Assembly: GCF_001194135.2 (NCBI RefSeq)
Contig: NC_068988.1
Span: 66,895,845-66,939,808, forward strand
Direction: 5' to 3'
DNA length: 43,964 nucleotides
Source: Octopus bimaculoides
Lineage: Eukaryota
Part shown: positions 22,770 through 35,017 of the stretch, piece after piece
Position numbering within the stretch: the stretch's first letter is position 1
Layout: each line of letters starts with the position of its first letter
Notes under the pieces: model-generated
Databases searched by the model: none
What the model was told of the DNA's origin: nothing
Seen by the model: only the letters and a program-made list of their open reading frames with translations
Position numbers and translations under genes: made by a program

Positions 22770-22995
22770 AAGCGGCAGGCTGGCAGAAAGGTTTGCACTC
22801 CGGGCGAAATGCTTAGCGGTATTTCGTCTGCCGTTACGTTCTGAATACAAATTCTGCCGAGGTCGACTTTGTCTTTTATCCTTTCGGGGTCGATTAAATA
22901 AGTACCAGTTAAGCACTTGTGTCGAGGTAAACGACTTAATCCCTTTATCAGTCCTTTTTTTGTCCCCACTATGTTTAGCCGCCTGTGGGCAATAA
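22770..22995 (+). mobile_element. SINE family A with a third type of tail
   Basis: Typical head and core, then ccctttatcagtcc...tgtccccactatgtttagccgcctgtgggcaataaagaaataa. Confidence 0.8.
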
Positions 22996-23029
22996 AGAAA
23001 TAAATATTTTTTAATCATGACATGCACGT

Positions 23030-23825
23030 AAGTGTTAGTGCTTGAGATACTCTTGTGACAAGGCCCTTACCCATCAATGGCTAATGGCTTCTGGCTTAAA
23101 ATCTGAAACAGAAGTGTTTATCATAGCAGCTCAAGATCAATGCCTACCTACAAGTAACTACCAGGCCAACATATTAAAGAGCGGCAGCTTCCCAACATGT
23201 CGTGTGTGTATGTCAAGAACAAAATGAAACCATTGATCATGTCGTCTCCATATGCAGTTTTCTTGCGCCTACTGAGTATCTCAACAGGCATAGAGCTGCA
23301 CAATATATTCACTGGATAATTTGCAAAAACCTGGACTTGCCCCACGATAAAAAACTGGTGGGAAACACAAACCAGCTCCAGTACTTAAAAATGATCACAT
23401 CTCACTCCTTTGGAACTTTACAATTCAAACTGACAGAAAGATAGATGCAAATAGGCCAGACATCATGTTGAAAGACTTCAGACAAAAATCATGCCTCCTC
23501 ATTGATATGACTGTCCCAATCGATATAAANNNNNNNNNNACAAAAATCATGCCTCCTCATTGATATGACTGTCCCAATCGATATAAACGTATCTGTCAAG
23601 ACCTACCAAAAACTGAGCAAGTATAAAGATATTGAAATAGAAATTAGCAAAATGTGGAACCTAAAGGCTAAAAGAATACCTGTTGTCATGGGTGCCCTAG
23701 GAATGATAGCAAAAGGGGCTGATTGCTATCTAGCTCAGATACCAGGAAAGCCCCAAAATGGTAGAAATTCAAAAGATAATGCTCATGGGAACTGCCCATA
23801 TCCTACGCAAAATACTTTCTATGTA
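23030..23825 (+). mobile_element. R4/Dong-like non-LTR retrotransposon 3' end (CCHC finger plus restriction-like endonuclease), 5'-truncated and frameshifted
   Basis: WLMASGLKSETEVFIIAAQDQ; CRVC..ETIDHVVSIC (CCHC); LWNFTIQTDRKIDANRPDIML...LIDMTVP...KLSKYKD (PD-D/ExK-type RLE); IPVVMGALG; QKIMLMGTAHILRKILSM* (stop ends at 23825). Clade assignment is from motif recall. Confidence 0.85.
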
Positions 23826-23859
23826 ATCTGAAATTTTAAAACAAACACATAATTATCTT

Positions 23860-24053
23860 ATGGCTTCTACCAGGCCAACATATTGAAGAACGGCGGCTTC
23901 CCAACATGTCGCGTATGTCAACAACAATATGAAACCATCGATCATGTTGTCTCCATGTGCAGTCTTCTAGTGCCTACAGAGTATCTCAACAGGCATGATA
24001 TATTCACTGGGTAATTTGCAAAAATCTGCACTTGCCCCACGATAAAAACTGGC
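23860..24053 (+). mobile_element. Second, diverged copy of the CCHC segment of the R4-like element
   Basis: ctaccaggccaacatattgaagaacggcggcttcccaacatgtcgcgtatgtc...ccccacgataaaaactgg parallels about 23158-23358. Confidence 0.85.
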
Positions 24054-24914
24054 TAAGCATTTCGCAATAATAATGATAATAATAATATAACACGAGAATA
24101 GAAATCATCAAACTTTAATGATAGGTCATGAGGCGTGTTTCTGTATCATGTATCAGCTTTAAGTTGCAAGGTTCATATTCATATAGCGTTATGTAAGGTT
24201 ACCCTTAATAATTACAATGTATTTAGATATTGTTTAACAACAGCTACCTGTGGTTGCTTCATAGGATGAAGTCCAATAAATCTGCTAGATGTTACAGAAT
24301 TCACCATCTCGTAGATGTACAATACTCTCCATCAAACAAATAATTTTATTTCGCTGTGCTTATGAATAACGAAACAAAAACTCATCACAATAATTGCAAC
24401 AACAACTATAATGATATTAACAATAACAGAGACATGACTTTCAAGTTACATACATTGGCGAGGGAAGAGAAGGAACCTTATTTAATCGATAGCATTGGTC
24501 TGATGGAAGTAAAGATAAAAACAAAACTAAGATTAAAGAGCTAGAATGTCCATTTACTCGTCTAAACTAAAGTATCTTATCAGGCTAAAAATAAATAAAC
24601 CTTTCAAGTAATCTTTTGAGATTTTTGTTATTTTTTGTATTCAAAAAACAAAAACAAAAAAAAAAATTTAAAGTTCCCAACGTCTTCATCACGCTACACT
24701 TGCTATCACTAAGTTCAACCTACTTTACGTTTTGACCTGCTTCTCTTATCTTCTTATTGGACTTTTTAAATTTACTATCCAGTGTTAGAACATTTCACCT
24801 TTTACTCAAATTTACTTCCTCTCAGAGTAATATCCAGTTAACTCGCCCTTTCCAGCAAAACACTGGGATTCCCTCTAGATTTTTCTCACCCCGTGGTCCG
24901 ACTTTTTGCATACA

Positions 24915-25020
24915 TATTGGTTTCCAATTTCGGCACAAGGCCAGCAACTCTAGGGGAGGGGCTAAGTCAATTACATTGACTCCAGTGCTCAACCGGAACT
25001 TATTTTATCGACCCCGGAAT
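24915..25020 (-). mobile_element. SINE A 3' half
   Basis: attggtttccaatttcggcacaaggccagc...ccagtgctcaaccggaacttattttatcgacccc. Confidence 0.8.
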
Positions 25021-25314
25021 GGTTTGATTCTTAATTTTCAGTTTTAATGTATATCAGTTCGCTCAATAATAAACCACGATTAGTCACCTTTAATAAACAT
25101 TTTCGGCACCACATGTTTCAGATGCAGTTCATGCAAGAGTTTGAGTGGTAAACGAAACTAACCACATACACAACACACCTATTAAATTACGTCAATTGGC
25201 ACACACGTACGTACGTACGTACGTACCTACCTACCTACCTACCTACCTACCTACATACATACATACATACATACATACATACATTCATATATATACGCAT
25301 ACATACGTATACAT

Positions 25315-25405
25315 ATATTGTGGGCTTTCAATTTCCGTCAACCAAATCTCCTCACGTGGCTTTGGTTGGCTCTGCGCTTTAGTAAAAGATACCTATCCGC
25401 GGCTA
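25315..25405 (-). mobile_element. SINE C/B head abutting a compound tetranucleotide array
   Basis: gggctttcaatttccgtcaaccaaatctcctcacgtggctttggttggc is the reverse complement of the C head. Confidence 0.65.
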
Positions 25406-25409
25406 TACA

Positions 25410-25484
<75 letters not shown>

Positions 25485-25491
25485 GTCTCTA

Positions 25492-25522
<31 letters not shown>

Positions 25523-25617
25523 NNNNNNNNNNNNNNNNNNNNNNNNNNNNNNNNNNNNNNNNNNNNNNNNNNNNNNNNNNNNNNNNNNNNNNNNNNNNNN
25601 NNNNNNNNNNNNNNNNN

Positions 25618-25658
<41 letters not shown>

Positions 25659-25714
25659 CCTGCTATTATGTATTTCTTTCAGTAAGTAGACTGCGATCAT
25701 ATAATGTATAGGTT

Positions 25715-25870
25715 TTAGTTCAACGAATCAACCTCACTACGTATTTTGCGAGTCTAAAACGTATTCTGTCGGCTTCCTTTTGCCGAACCGCTAGTTTATT
25801 GGAAGGTAAACAAACCAAGTGGTGGGGTTCAAAGCACAGGCACAAAGATAGAGAGACACATAGACACACA
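25715..25870 (-). mobile_element. SINE C/B tail fragment
   Basis: gtattctgtcggcttccttttgccgaaccgctagtttattggaaggtaaacaaacc is the reverse complement of the B tail. Confidence 0.55.
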
Positions 25871-27896
25871 CAGGTATATACGCAATCTATATGCGTATGT
25901 TTATATTTCTCTCTCTCTCTCTCTCTCGCTCTATCTACCTATCTACATATCTATATACACACACACGTACATGCACGTTGAAATGCATGCAGCTAGGTGC
26001 TGTATTTAGTGTGTATATGTTTGAATACCTTCTTCTCTTTAGTATATCAGGTTAAATCTATTAAGATTTTTATCACAGAGAAACATTCTCACACAAAGCC
26101 CACTTCACTAACTAAGTGTGAAGGAAGCTCTAAACGTATTTATACAACGAAACAATCAATGAGAATAGAATTTACAGCTATAGAAGAAAGAATATATACA
26201 TCAGAAGAGAGAAATCTTTAGAGAAATTTTATAGACAGTCAGTCGCACATTTTTCCGCTGTTTCATTTTCACAGTAATAACATTACATTCCTCAAGTGCA
26301 ATGTTTATGAAAGTCGTATATAATTTATATTGTTTTTATCGTTTTTATAGTTGAATTGTAAATAATCGATAATCAAAATCAAATCAAAAGATTGCTACCC
26401 TTTTATGTTTAAGTGATATATATTATTTTTATTCGCTTTATTTCACGTCTAAAAGACACGAATATCATTTGAGATATATTTATTTATCGTGTTGCTATAA
26501 GGTTTATCTTTAAAAAAAAAGTCAGAACAAAATAACGCTCACCCCCACAGAAAAAAGAAACAAAAAACCCCAGAGAAATGTTCATCGTGATTAATACACC
26601 TTCATTGGCAATAACACTGAAGAACAAATCGTATTTCTGAAGAGCCTGGAACTATTTAATATTACCAACGTTTTTTTATAAAGAAAACTGAAACGATAAA
26701 GGGCATTCTCCAGAGGAGAACTATATTAGCCGCAGGACAGACATTAAAACTTACCCCGAGGAAAAAGGGAGGAAGGGGTTGTAATTAAACGCCTTATTTA
26801 GATATAAACATGGCTGCAAGAATTGAGTAGAAAATTACAAGGAATTCGCCTATTTATTTATATTTCATTAAAAGATATTTTTAGTTATTTTCAGAATATT
26901 ATACTCATATCTACCTGCATGCCTACCTGCCTGCATGCCTACCTACCCACTCACCCACCCATCTACCTACCTACCTACCTACCTACCTACCTACCTACCT
27001 ACCTACATACATACATACCTGCATCTCATTTTGCATCTCATATACATACACACGCACATTTATATGTACATAGGTTTATATATATACATAAATACATACA
27101 CACACACAAACACACACACACGCACGCACACGCAAATGCGTGCGCACACACAAGCACTCTTTTTCTCTCTCTCACACACACATATATGCTTATGTATGTG
27201 TTTATGAATATAATGCTATTGAAAGTGTTATCTATCACCTTCGATAATAGGAATCTTGTTTCATTTCCAAGAAATCATCCTAAATATAGTGCAGGGGAAA
27301 TCTGTGTGGAAATGAAATTGCTTGTTGATGCCTCGGGTATAAATATGAAAGACTGTATATAAATAGGAAGATTATATACACACAGTATATAGATACACAG
27401 CACATACACACTCCCACGTCAGAGCTTTAGGAAAGTTAGAAAGTTTTATCAGAATAGTTTATATGAAGTCTTTTCTTTGTCAATATTAAAAAAAAAAGCC
27501 TTAAGAAAACGAACACTCTTTACAGAAAGATGAACATGGTCGAATACAGTAAGTTTGTCTCAGAAAGAAGGTTTTGTTAATCCTGAGAATTATAGTTTGT
27601 TTTGCAAGTGTATTAAAATCTTCTTCATAAATATACTGGTTATGCTAAAGTGTTTACTTTGGGCATATCTAGTCAAATACTCTCATATGTAGACAGCCAA
27701 ACTGTCTACATATAAAAGCATTAGCTAGATATGTTTGTTTTTAATGTACCAGATTACTGTAATTATGAGAAAACCTGAAATAATGGCTAAGAGGAGAATC
27801 AGTAACATATTTACTTCTGTTCGATATGAATTCTTGGTTTCGAATTCAAATTATTCACTGGCTGTGATTTTCTGCGAAACGACATTTCAACAAATG

Positions 27897-28032
27897 TAGG
27901 CACATATATGGCTGTGTGGTAAGAAGTTTGCTTCCCGATTACATAGATCCAGGTTCCGACCCATTGCATGGAACCCTGTGCAAGTGTCTTTTACTAGAGC
28001 TGCGTGCCGACCAAAGCCGTGTGAGTGGATTT
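27897..28032 (+). mobile_element. SINE C/B head ending at a TA run where a mariner begins
   Basis: ggctgtgtggtaagaagtttgcttcccg...ccaggttccgaccc...gcaagtgtctt...gccgaccaaagccgtgtgagtggattt. Confidence 0.75.
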
Positions 28033-28040
28033 AATATATA

Positions 28041-28645
28041 TCAGGTCATCCCATAAGTTCTGTCCGAATTTTGATTAAAGGAAACAAGTCATCAAATGTT
28101 ATGTTTAATTGAAATTTAATCATCAATGATGATTGATAATCATCCCTGACTATCTATGACTTCCTTCCATCTATTTACAAGCTTTTTAATCCCATCAATG
28201 TAAAACTCCTTTGGTTTCAAAGCGAAGAACTCGGAAATATCAGTTTCGACCTCCTCCTGGCTTGCGAACGTTATGTCTCCCAAATGATTCTGTAAACTAA
28301 GAAAAAAATGGTAGTCTAAAGGAGCAAGGTCGGGAGGATAAGATGGATGAGGATTTTTTTCCCAACCAAGCTCTTCGATCTTCAGTGATGTGATCTTTGC
28401 AGTGTGGGATCGCACATTGTCCTGATGAAACATCATTCCTTTTCGATTCACTAAAGCGGGTCTTTAGCTTGGTTCAAACGTTCTAATTGCTAACAGTAGA
28501 CTGAGCGTTGATTGTTGCATTAGGTGGTAACAATTAAAAGTGAATTACTCCTTTGCAATCCCACCAGATAGAGAGAAGAATCTTTTCCCCATGAAGTTCC
28601 CTTCTCGGTTGTGGTTGAGTTTTTTCCCTTTTACCAAGCCACTGT
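28041..28645 (-). mobile_element. Mariner transposase 3' half with one TIR
   Basis: ILLSIWWDCKGVIHF...NRKGMMFHQDNVRSH...HPSYPPDLAPLDYHFFLSLQN...GIKKLVNRWKEVIDSQG (mariner WWD, HDNARPH and YSPDLAPxD motifs). The end reads TA|TCAGGTCATCCCATAAGTTCTGTCCG. Confidence 0.9.
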
Positions 28646-28950
28646 GGACGTGTAGGGTCGCAGCCTCGAAGTGTTTTAATCGACCCAGTTCTTATTTTCT
28701 TTTTGTGTCAAATATTTATTTTATCGTGCACTTATGCCGAAATACTAAGTTACGGTGACGTAAACAAAGCAACGCCGGATCTCAGACGGTGGTGGAGGAA
28801 CAGACACAAGCAAACACATACATTTGTATGCAGACACTACACTCATACATAGTTACATAAATATACAGACACATACACACATAAACATAGTTTCCATCTA
28901 CCAGCTCAACTTATAAGTCTTTAATCGGCCCGGGCCTATAGTAGAAGATA
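28643..28950 (-). mobile_element. Older bipartite SINE C/B (partial head, decayed CA-rich middle, tail)
   Basis: Head remnant tttccatctacc...atcggcccgggctatagtagaaga. Tail remnant gccgaaatactaagttacggtgacgtaaac...gacggtggtggagg. Confidence 0.65.
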
Positions 28951-29729
28951 AGACGGATTAGTCACATCTGAATCTAGTTCTTTTTAGTTATGACTGACTT
29001 AGGCCTAGACAATAAGAACAACAACAGCAAGAGCAACAGTAACAACAACAACAACAACAGCAGCAAGAAGAACAACAACAACGACGATGACGACGACGAT
29101 GATGACTATGACGACAAATTGGGTTTTAGTGATGAATTTCCCTTAAATATTGTTTGTTTTTCCAAATGAATCTTCCCCACCATATATTATCAGGTTGAAC
29201 ACTTCCGTAACTTCCTTGACAGACATCATTCGGTTGACACAGAGTTTGCGTGGGGCAATTCAAAAATTGAGTTACTTGGAAAATACTGTTTTAGATGTCA
29301 TCTTCTTTGTTATAGCTAAATCCGAGTGAGAAAGAAAGGAGAAGCGACATGGGAAGGATGAAAATCGAAGTTAACCATAAGGTGATTTGTACTCGGAGCC
29401 TAGAAAGTCAAATTGAAATATCATAAAACATTCTATGTGTCTCTTAAACAACGCAGGAAATTCAACATTTCCACGCTTGTTCACTGGAAATAAATGACTT
29501 TCGGCCGTCAGCCAATTTGATTTGGTTTGGATGAAGTTACCGTACAACGTTGAATTGTCATTCATTAACAAGAATAAGTTGTTTCCGTAGTTTAATTTGT
29601 AATCACTTGGATTAAATTATCGACAGGGAACTATATATTAGTTGACTGCACAATACATACATACATACATACATACGTACGTATATATATATATATATGC
29701 GTGTCACAGCGTGCGTGTGTTAGGATGTA

Positions 29730-29801
<72 letters not shown>

Positions 29802-30682
29802 AGAATGTATGTATGAATGCATGTGCCTCTGTGCATGCGTGTGTGTGCAACTGAGAGTTAGAACTTAGGATAATTACTTTCGTAACGTGAAAATGATTGA
29901 GAAAAGACAAAACAGAAAGTAGTTCAAGACTGAAGATTTATTGATACAAGAAGCGGTATATATGGAAGGTCATCGCTGATACTAATGAAGTTGAAGATGT
30001 ACTCAGCCGGTTAATTTTGCCGATTATTATCTTTATCTTCTGAAGCTACGTAATTGTCTATAAATTGCTTAACATTATCAGATAGTTCAATCACGGTGCA
30101 TATACATAATCCCTCTGTTTGCACAAAGTATTCTCATAAGTTTTTCCTAAACGGCCATGCTGTGTTCACACTTTTAGTTAGCTCTTGTTCCATATGTTCT
30201 GATTAATATAACACTTACTTTTCATAAGGCTGAAGTTACTCTGGTTGTTGAAAAACAAAATTAGAATGTGTATCATATGTGATGTATAGATGCCAAAGAA
30301 ATATGTTCTGTGTATCAATTCAGAAATACTACTTTACTAAGAAGTGTTTGGCTCAATTGCATATGATATTTTAATTATATAGGTAAATATGGGAGAGAAT
30401 TCTGGAAAGGTTATAATGTTATGGGATCTCAGCAAACTATAGAATACTGCGGTAGTGAACATGACAAATTGCAGAAAATTAGCATATTTAAAAATATATC
30501 TCTGAGTAAAATTTTCCTGAGTTATCATTTAATTGACATTATGAATTAATATTTTTCTTACTTAAGAACAACAGCTGCTGATGCATCAAAGGAATTTTGT
30601 CACGCTGCGTCAATAGACGTTTTTCTTCTTCAACATGGTATTAGGGAAATTGTAAAAAGTTAATCAAAATTTTATTAAACAT

Positions 30683-30853
30683 AACGCAGGTGCAACTGTG
30701 TGAGTTAAAGCTTGCTTCCCAACCATGTGGTCTGAGATTCAGTCCCAATGCACAGCGCATTGGGGATGTGTCTTCTACTATAGCCTGAGCCGATCAAAGC
30801 CTTGCGAGTGGATTTAGTAGACGGAAACCAAAAGAAGTGAAACGAGCTCGTCG

Positions 30854-30855
<2 letters not shown>
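30683..30855 (+). mobile_element. SINE C/B head followed by (TA)n
   Basis: cgcaggtgcaactgtgtgagttaaagcttgcttcccaaccatgtggtctgagattcagtccc...gagtggatttagtagacggaaacc...gtcgtatata. Confidence 0.8.
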
Positions 30856-30886
<31 letters not shown>

Positions 30887-30952
30887 TGAGGAATCTATGT
30901 GTTGCTTGTGAGTATCCATCCATCCATCTATCCATGTATGTATGTATGTATG

Positions 30953-30991
<39 letters not shown>

Positions 30992-31140
30992 TTGTAGCAC
31001 AAAGAACAAGAAAACATAATATGTATTTTATATTTTCATCAGCAGAAGGTACATGCACAAAAATTACATTGTCACTTCTGTGCATTGCTGAAACTCTGGG
31101 CTTTAGAGTCACTTTGAAACTTTGCTGTTCTGTTTAAAAT

Positions 31141-31190
<50 letters not shown>

Positions 31191-32090
31191 TATCATATCA
31201 TATACATAGGTATTGCTAGTTTTACTTCAGTGATTTTTAATTTGATTTATGTTTCAGCTTTTTATTATTGGACGTGTGTAACAAAATAACATCGTGAGAA
31301 TTCCACCATTTTGTAGAGAAGATAACAGGAAATTTTAGTGGTTTAACTTAATTAAGTAACATAAACAACAGAAAGAGAATTCAAAAAAAGATAATAATAT
31401 AATTAGTTTAAGTTAATGATGGGATATTTCATGTACGTAAGTAAGCGTAATGAATAAGAAAATTGGAATTAACCGTAAAGTTCATAACAGCTGTTGTCAT
31501 AATCCAATTTCTGATGAAGATGCTATGTTTCAAATATCGTTAATAATAGAATCCAATCTTGAATCGCATTCATCCCGAGAGGCCAATTTGCATTCGATCA
31601 TTGCACTCAAAAATAAGAAAATTACAATAATAGAAAAAAAAAAAAACTACGCTGAAGAAGTTGCACTAAACAAATTTCACACATGGTGAGAGATAGAAAC
31701 ATTGTTTTTGCATATTGAGAAACATGAAAATAATAAGGAAATAATAAAGACAATAAATAAATAATGAAGACAATAAAGAATAGTGAAGTCAACAAGGAAA
31801 TAATGATGATATTAAGGTAATGATGAAGATAATAAATAACTAAACTAATTATATGTCAAATTACCCTTCTGTTTATCTAATTTCTGAAGTAGAAAAACGT
31901 TAGCAAAGCATGTATCTATATGAAAAGACACATATGCATACTCAAACATGCACGCACACACACACGCACATATCAATTAGTTACAGTAGTCGTTAGCATC
32001 TAAACATCTCAATAAGAAGGGCGCCAGGACTAGTTAGTGCGGTAAAACAACTGCTAGTTATTTGTTGGTAGTATACTGCAAGTATCTTTA

Positions 32091-32147
<57 letters not shown>

Positions 32148-32737
32148 ACACACGCTCATACACACACATTCACACACACATACACGCACGTTCTCACACA
32201 CGTACATATAGACAGGTACCAAATCAAATATAAACTTTAGATCCAATCCACGGTTGGTTTCAGGTGTGGCGTATGCATAAACGAAGAGCACAGGTAGGGT
32301 TCAAAATTCGTAACAATTGTTTCAGTAGTATTTTATTGATGCGTTCTGATATTACATCATAGCAAAGCCCTATCATCAGGTAAACTTTAAGCACGTATAC
32401 AAGCATGTAAAATCAGAAGATGATCTGTTCACCAACTATCATGTCATCATCAGGTTTTACCTTGCCTATATATGACTTCAAAATTTACCATGAAGGTGGT
32501 GAGATATTGCTATGATGTAATCTATGGATGCATCAATATAATGCCACCGAAACAATTGTGAATTTTGAACCTCACTTATATATATATATAAATATATATA
32601 TATAAATGTCTCTATATATACAGGCGTATACAAATATATATATATACATGCGAAAATATTGGGAAGCACATGAAAGCACTAATGCAATCAATATTACTCT
32701 TTTTTGACTGTTTTTTTTTAGTGTATCTCTCTCTCTT

Positions 32738-32807
<70 letters not shown>

Positions 32808-33898
32808 GCATATATATATATATATATACATATATATTGTATTTAAACAATGCTACCAATAGTTTTATGTAAGAGATCTTCGTACGAAACAATTGGTAGT
32901 CTTGTTAAATCCACCTATTCTCTCTGTTCGATATAGCCTATCACACTCAGACACAGATACAGACACACACACACACACAGACACACACACATACATACAC
33001 ACACACACGTATATATCTGAATGTGTGTGTTCGTGTGAATATAGTTGTATGTGTGTGTGTATGTGCTTATATTTTATATATTTATTATATACATACGTAC
33101 ATGTGCTTATATTTTATATATTTGTTATATATCATATAGATACATGCTTTGCCACATATGTATGTGGGTGGATACAGTTTGTTACAATATATTACCCATT
33201 CACAAAATAATGCGCTATATGGATTTCAACAGCTTTACAATATCTATTACATGGTAGTTCTACATAATTCTCCAATATTACAGATATACATACAAACATA
33301 TATACATGCTTGCAAACATACAAAAATATATACATACATATATCTAGCTGTGAGTGTATTTAAAGAGAGTTTATGTTTGATATCACGTATCTATATATTA
33401 AAGTGTATGTATAAAAATCATTGGTGTCATGATGCATTGAATTCCTCACATAATACAACATTTTATTGATTTCGCAATTAATCGTGAAAGAAAAATGCTT
33501 ACTCTGTTTCTATGCTATAGACTAGATTTAATCTCTCTAATGCAGCAACGAAACTTCGTCTATATCAATTCATAGGTACCCAGACGTAACAATATAAATA
33601 TATTTTATAGTTGCCACTAACTTTGTAGTTTCTTTTAGTATTGAAAAATGTCATTTTTTTCAGTAGTTTTCTTTCAATATTTCAATGGATTTCTTTCGAG
33701 TAAAAATCTCTTTTTTAAAACATTGAAGAGAGAATTTCTTTTTAGAATATATATGACGTTATTTGCTTTTCTTGTAGAAGCAGAACTCTCGTAGATTTAA
33801 AAAAAAAATTAATTACACTTTCTTAAATACATCAAGACATGTTTCTAAATTACATTGATGAAATAAATTTGTCGAGTATTTTCACAATAAAACCCATA

Positions 33899-33902
<4 letters not shown>

Positions 33903-33953
<51 letters not shown>
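33903..33953. repeat. (AAT)n microsatellite
   Basis: Directly visible. Confidence 0.97.
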
Positions 33954-33956
<3 letters not shown>

Positions 33957-34753
33957 CTATCGATTTCTACTATTTTTTGTATTTCTCTGTCTGCTCGATG
34001 ATTCAGCAATAGGAAGTAATCACATTACAAAGCTTAACTGAATCAACAAAAAAACTGCTTCATTATAAAGAAGAATGATTTATTAAGGATATCTGCATGG
34101 CTCAGATTGAATACATTATTCCAGAATCAGTCAAGGAAAGTTGGTATTTTGAATTTATGGAAGCAAAAACTACTTTGGAAAACTGATTGTGTGTTTGAGT
34201 CTGTGTCTATACGTGTGTGTGTAGGTGTCGGTTTCTTTATACTGCAGAAAAGATTATGTATATATCCAGATGTGAATATATGCCTGTATTTGCGTATGTA
34301 TACATATGGAGAAGTGCATATACTGATATAATCTGACTAATGATCACCTGTTATTTGTTTCAGCGCAACATTACTTCTGTACACTCCGGTTTTCCCTAAG
34401 CGAACTTCATGCAATGCAACAGGCAAATGAAAAAAACTCGGAGGGTAGAACGGTCGATTAGAATAATGAAGACAAAGACACTAGTATGAATATATCCCTA
34501 TATAACAATATTCCACATCTCAGAAACACGAAAAAATGTGGTTCGTCTCCTTCATATTAATAAAACAATCCATGCATTTTGCATATTACTTATATCTCGT
34601 GAAAATTAACGCTCTTTTGTAAGAAAAAATACTCGCAGTTTGTAAAGTGTTTCTTGTTTTGCTATACTTAGATTTTATATTTCAAAGTCCATTAAGTTTG
34701 ACAAGCTCTTTGAAACAAAACTCAGAATTTTGTATCACTCCTGTAGATTCTTA

Positions 34754-34796
<43 letters not shown>

Positions 34797-34814
34797 CGTG
34801 TGTCTGTATGTCTG

Positions 34815-35017
34815 TGTTTGTCCCAACTACCGCTTGACAACCGGTGTTGGTGTGTTTACCTCTTCGTAACTTAGTGGCTCGGCAAAGAGAAACCAATAGA
34901 ATAAATACCAGGTTTAAAAAAGTCCTGGGGTTGATTTGTTCGACTAAAACTCTTCAAGGATGTGCTCCAGTATAACCAAAGTCAAAAGACAGAAACAAGT
35001 TAAAGAATAAAAGAATA
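34815..35017 (+). mobile_element. SINE C/B tail between two microsatellites
   Basis: tttgtcccaactaccgcttgacaaccggtgttggtgtgtttac...aatagaataaataccagg...gaaacaagttaaagaataaaagaata. (TA)n lies upstream and (TACA)n downstream. Confidence 0.8.
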
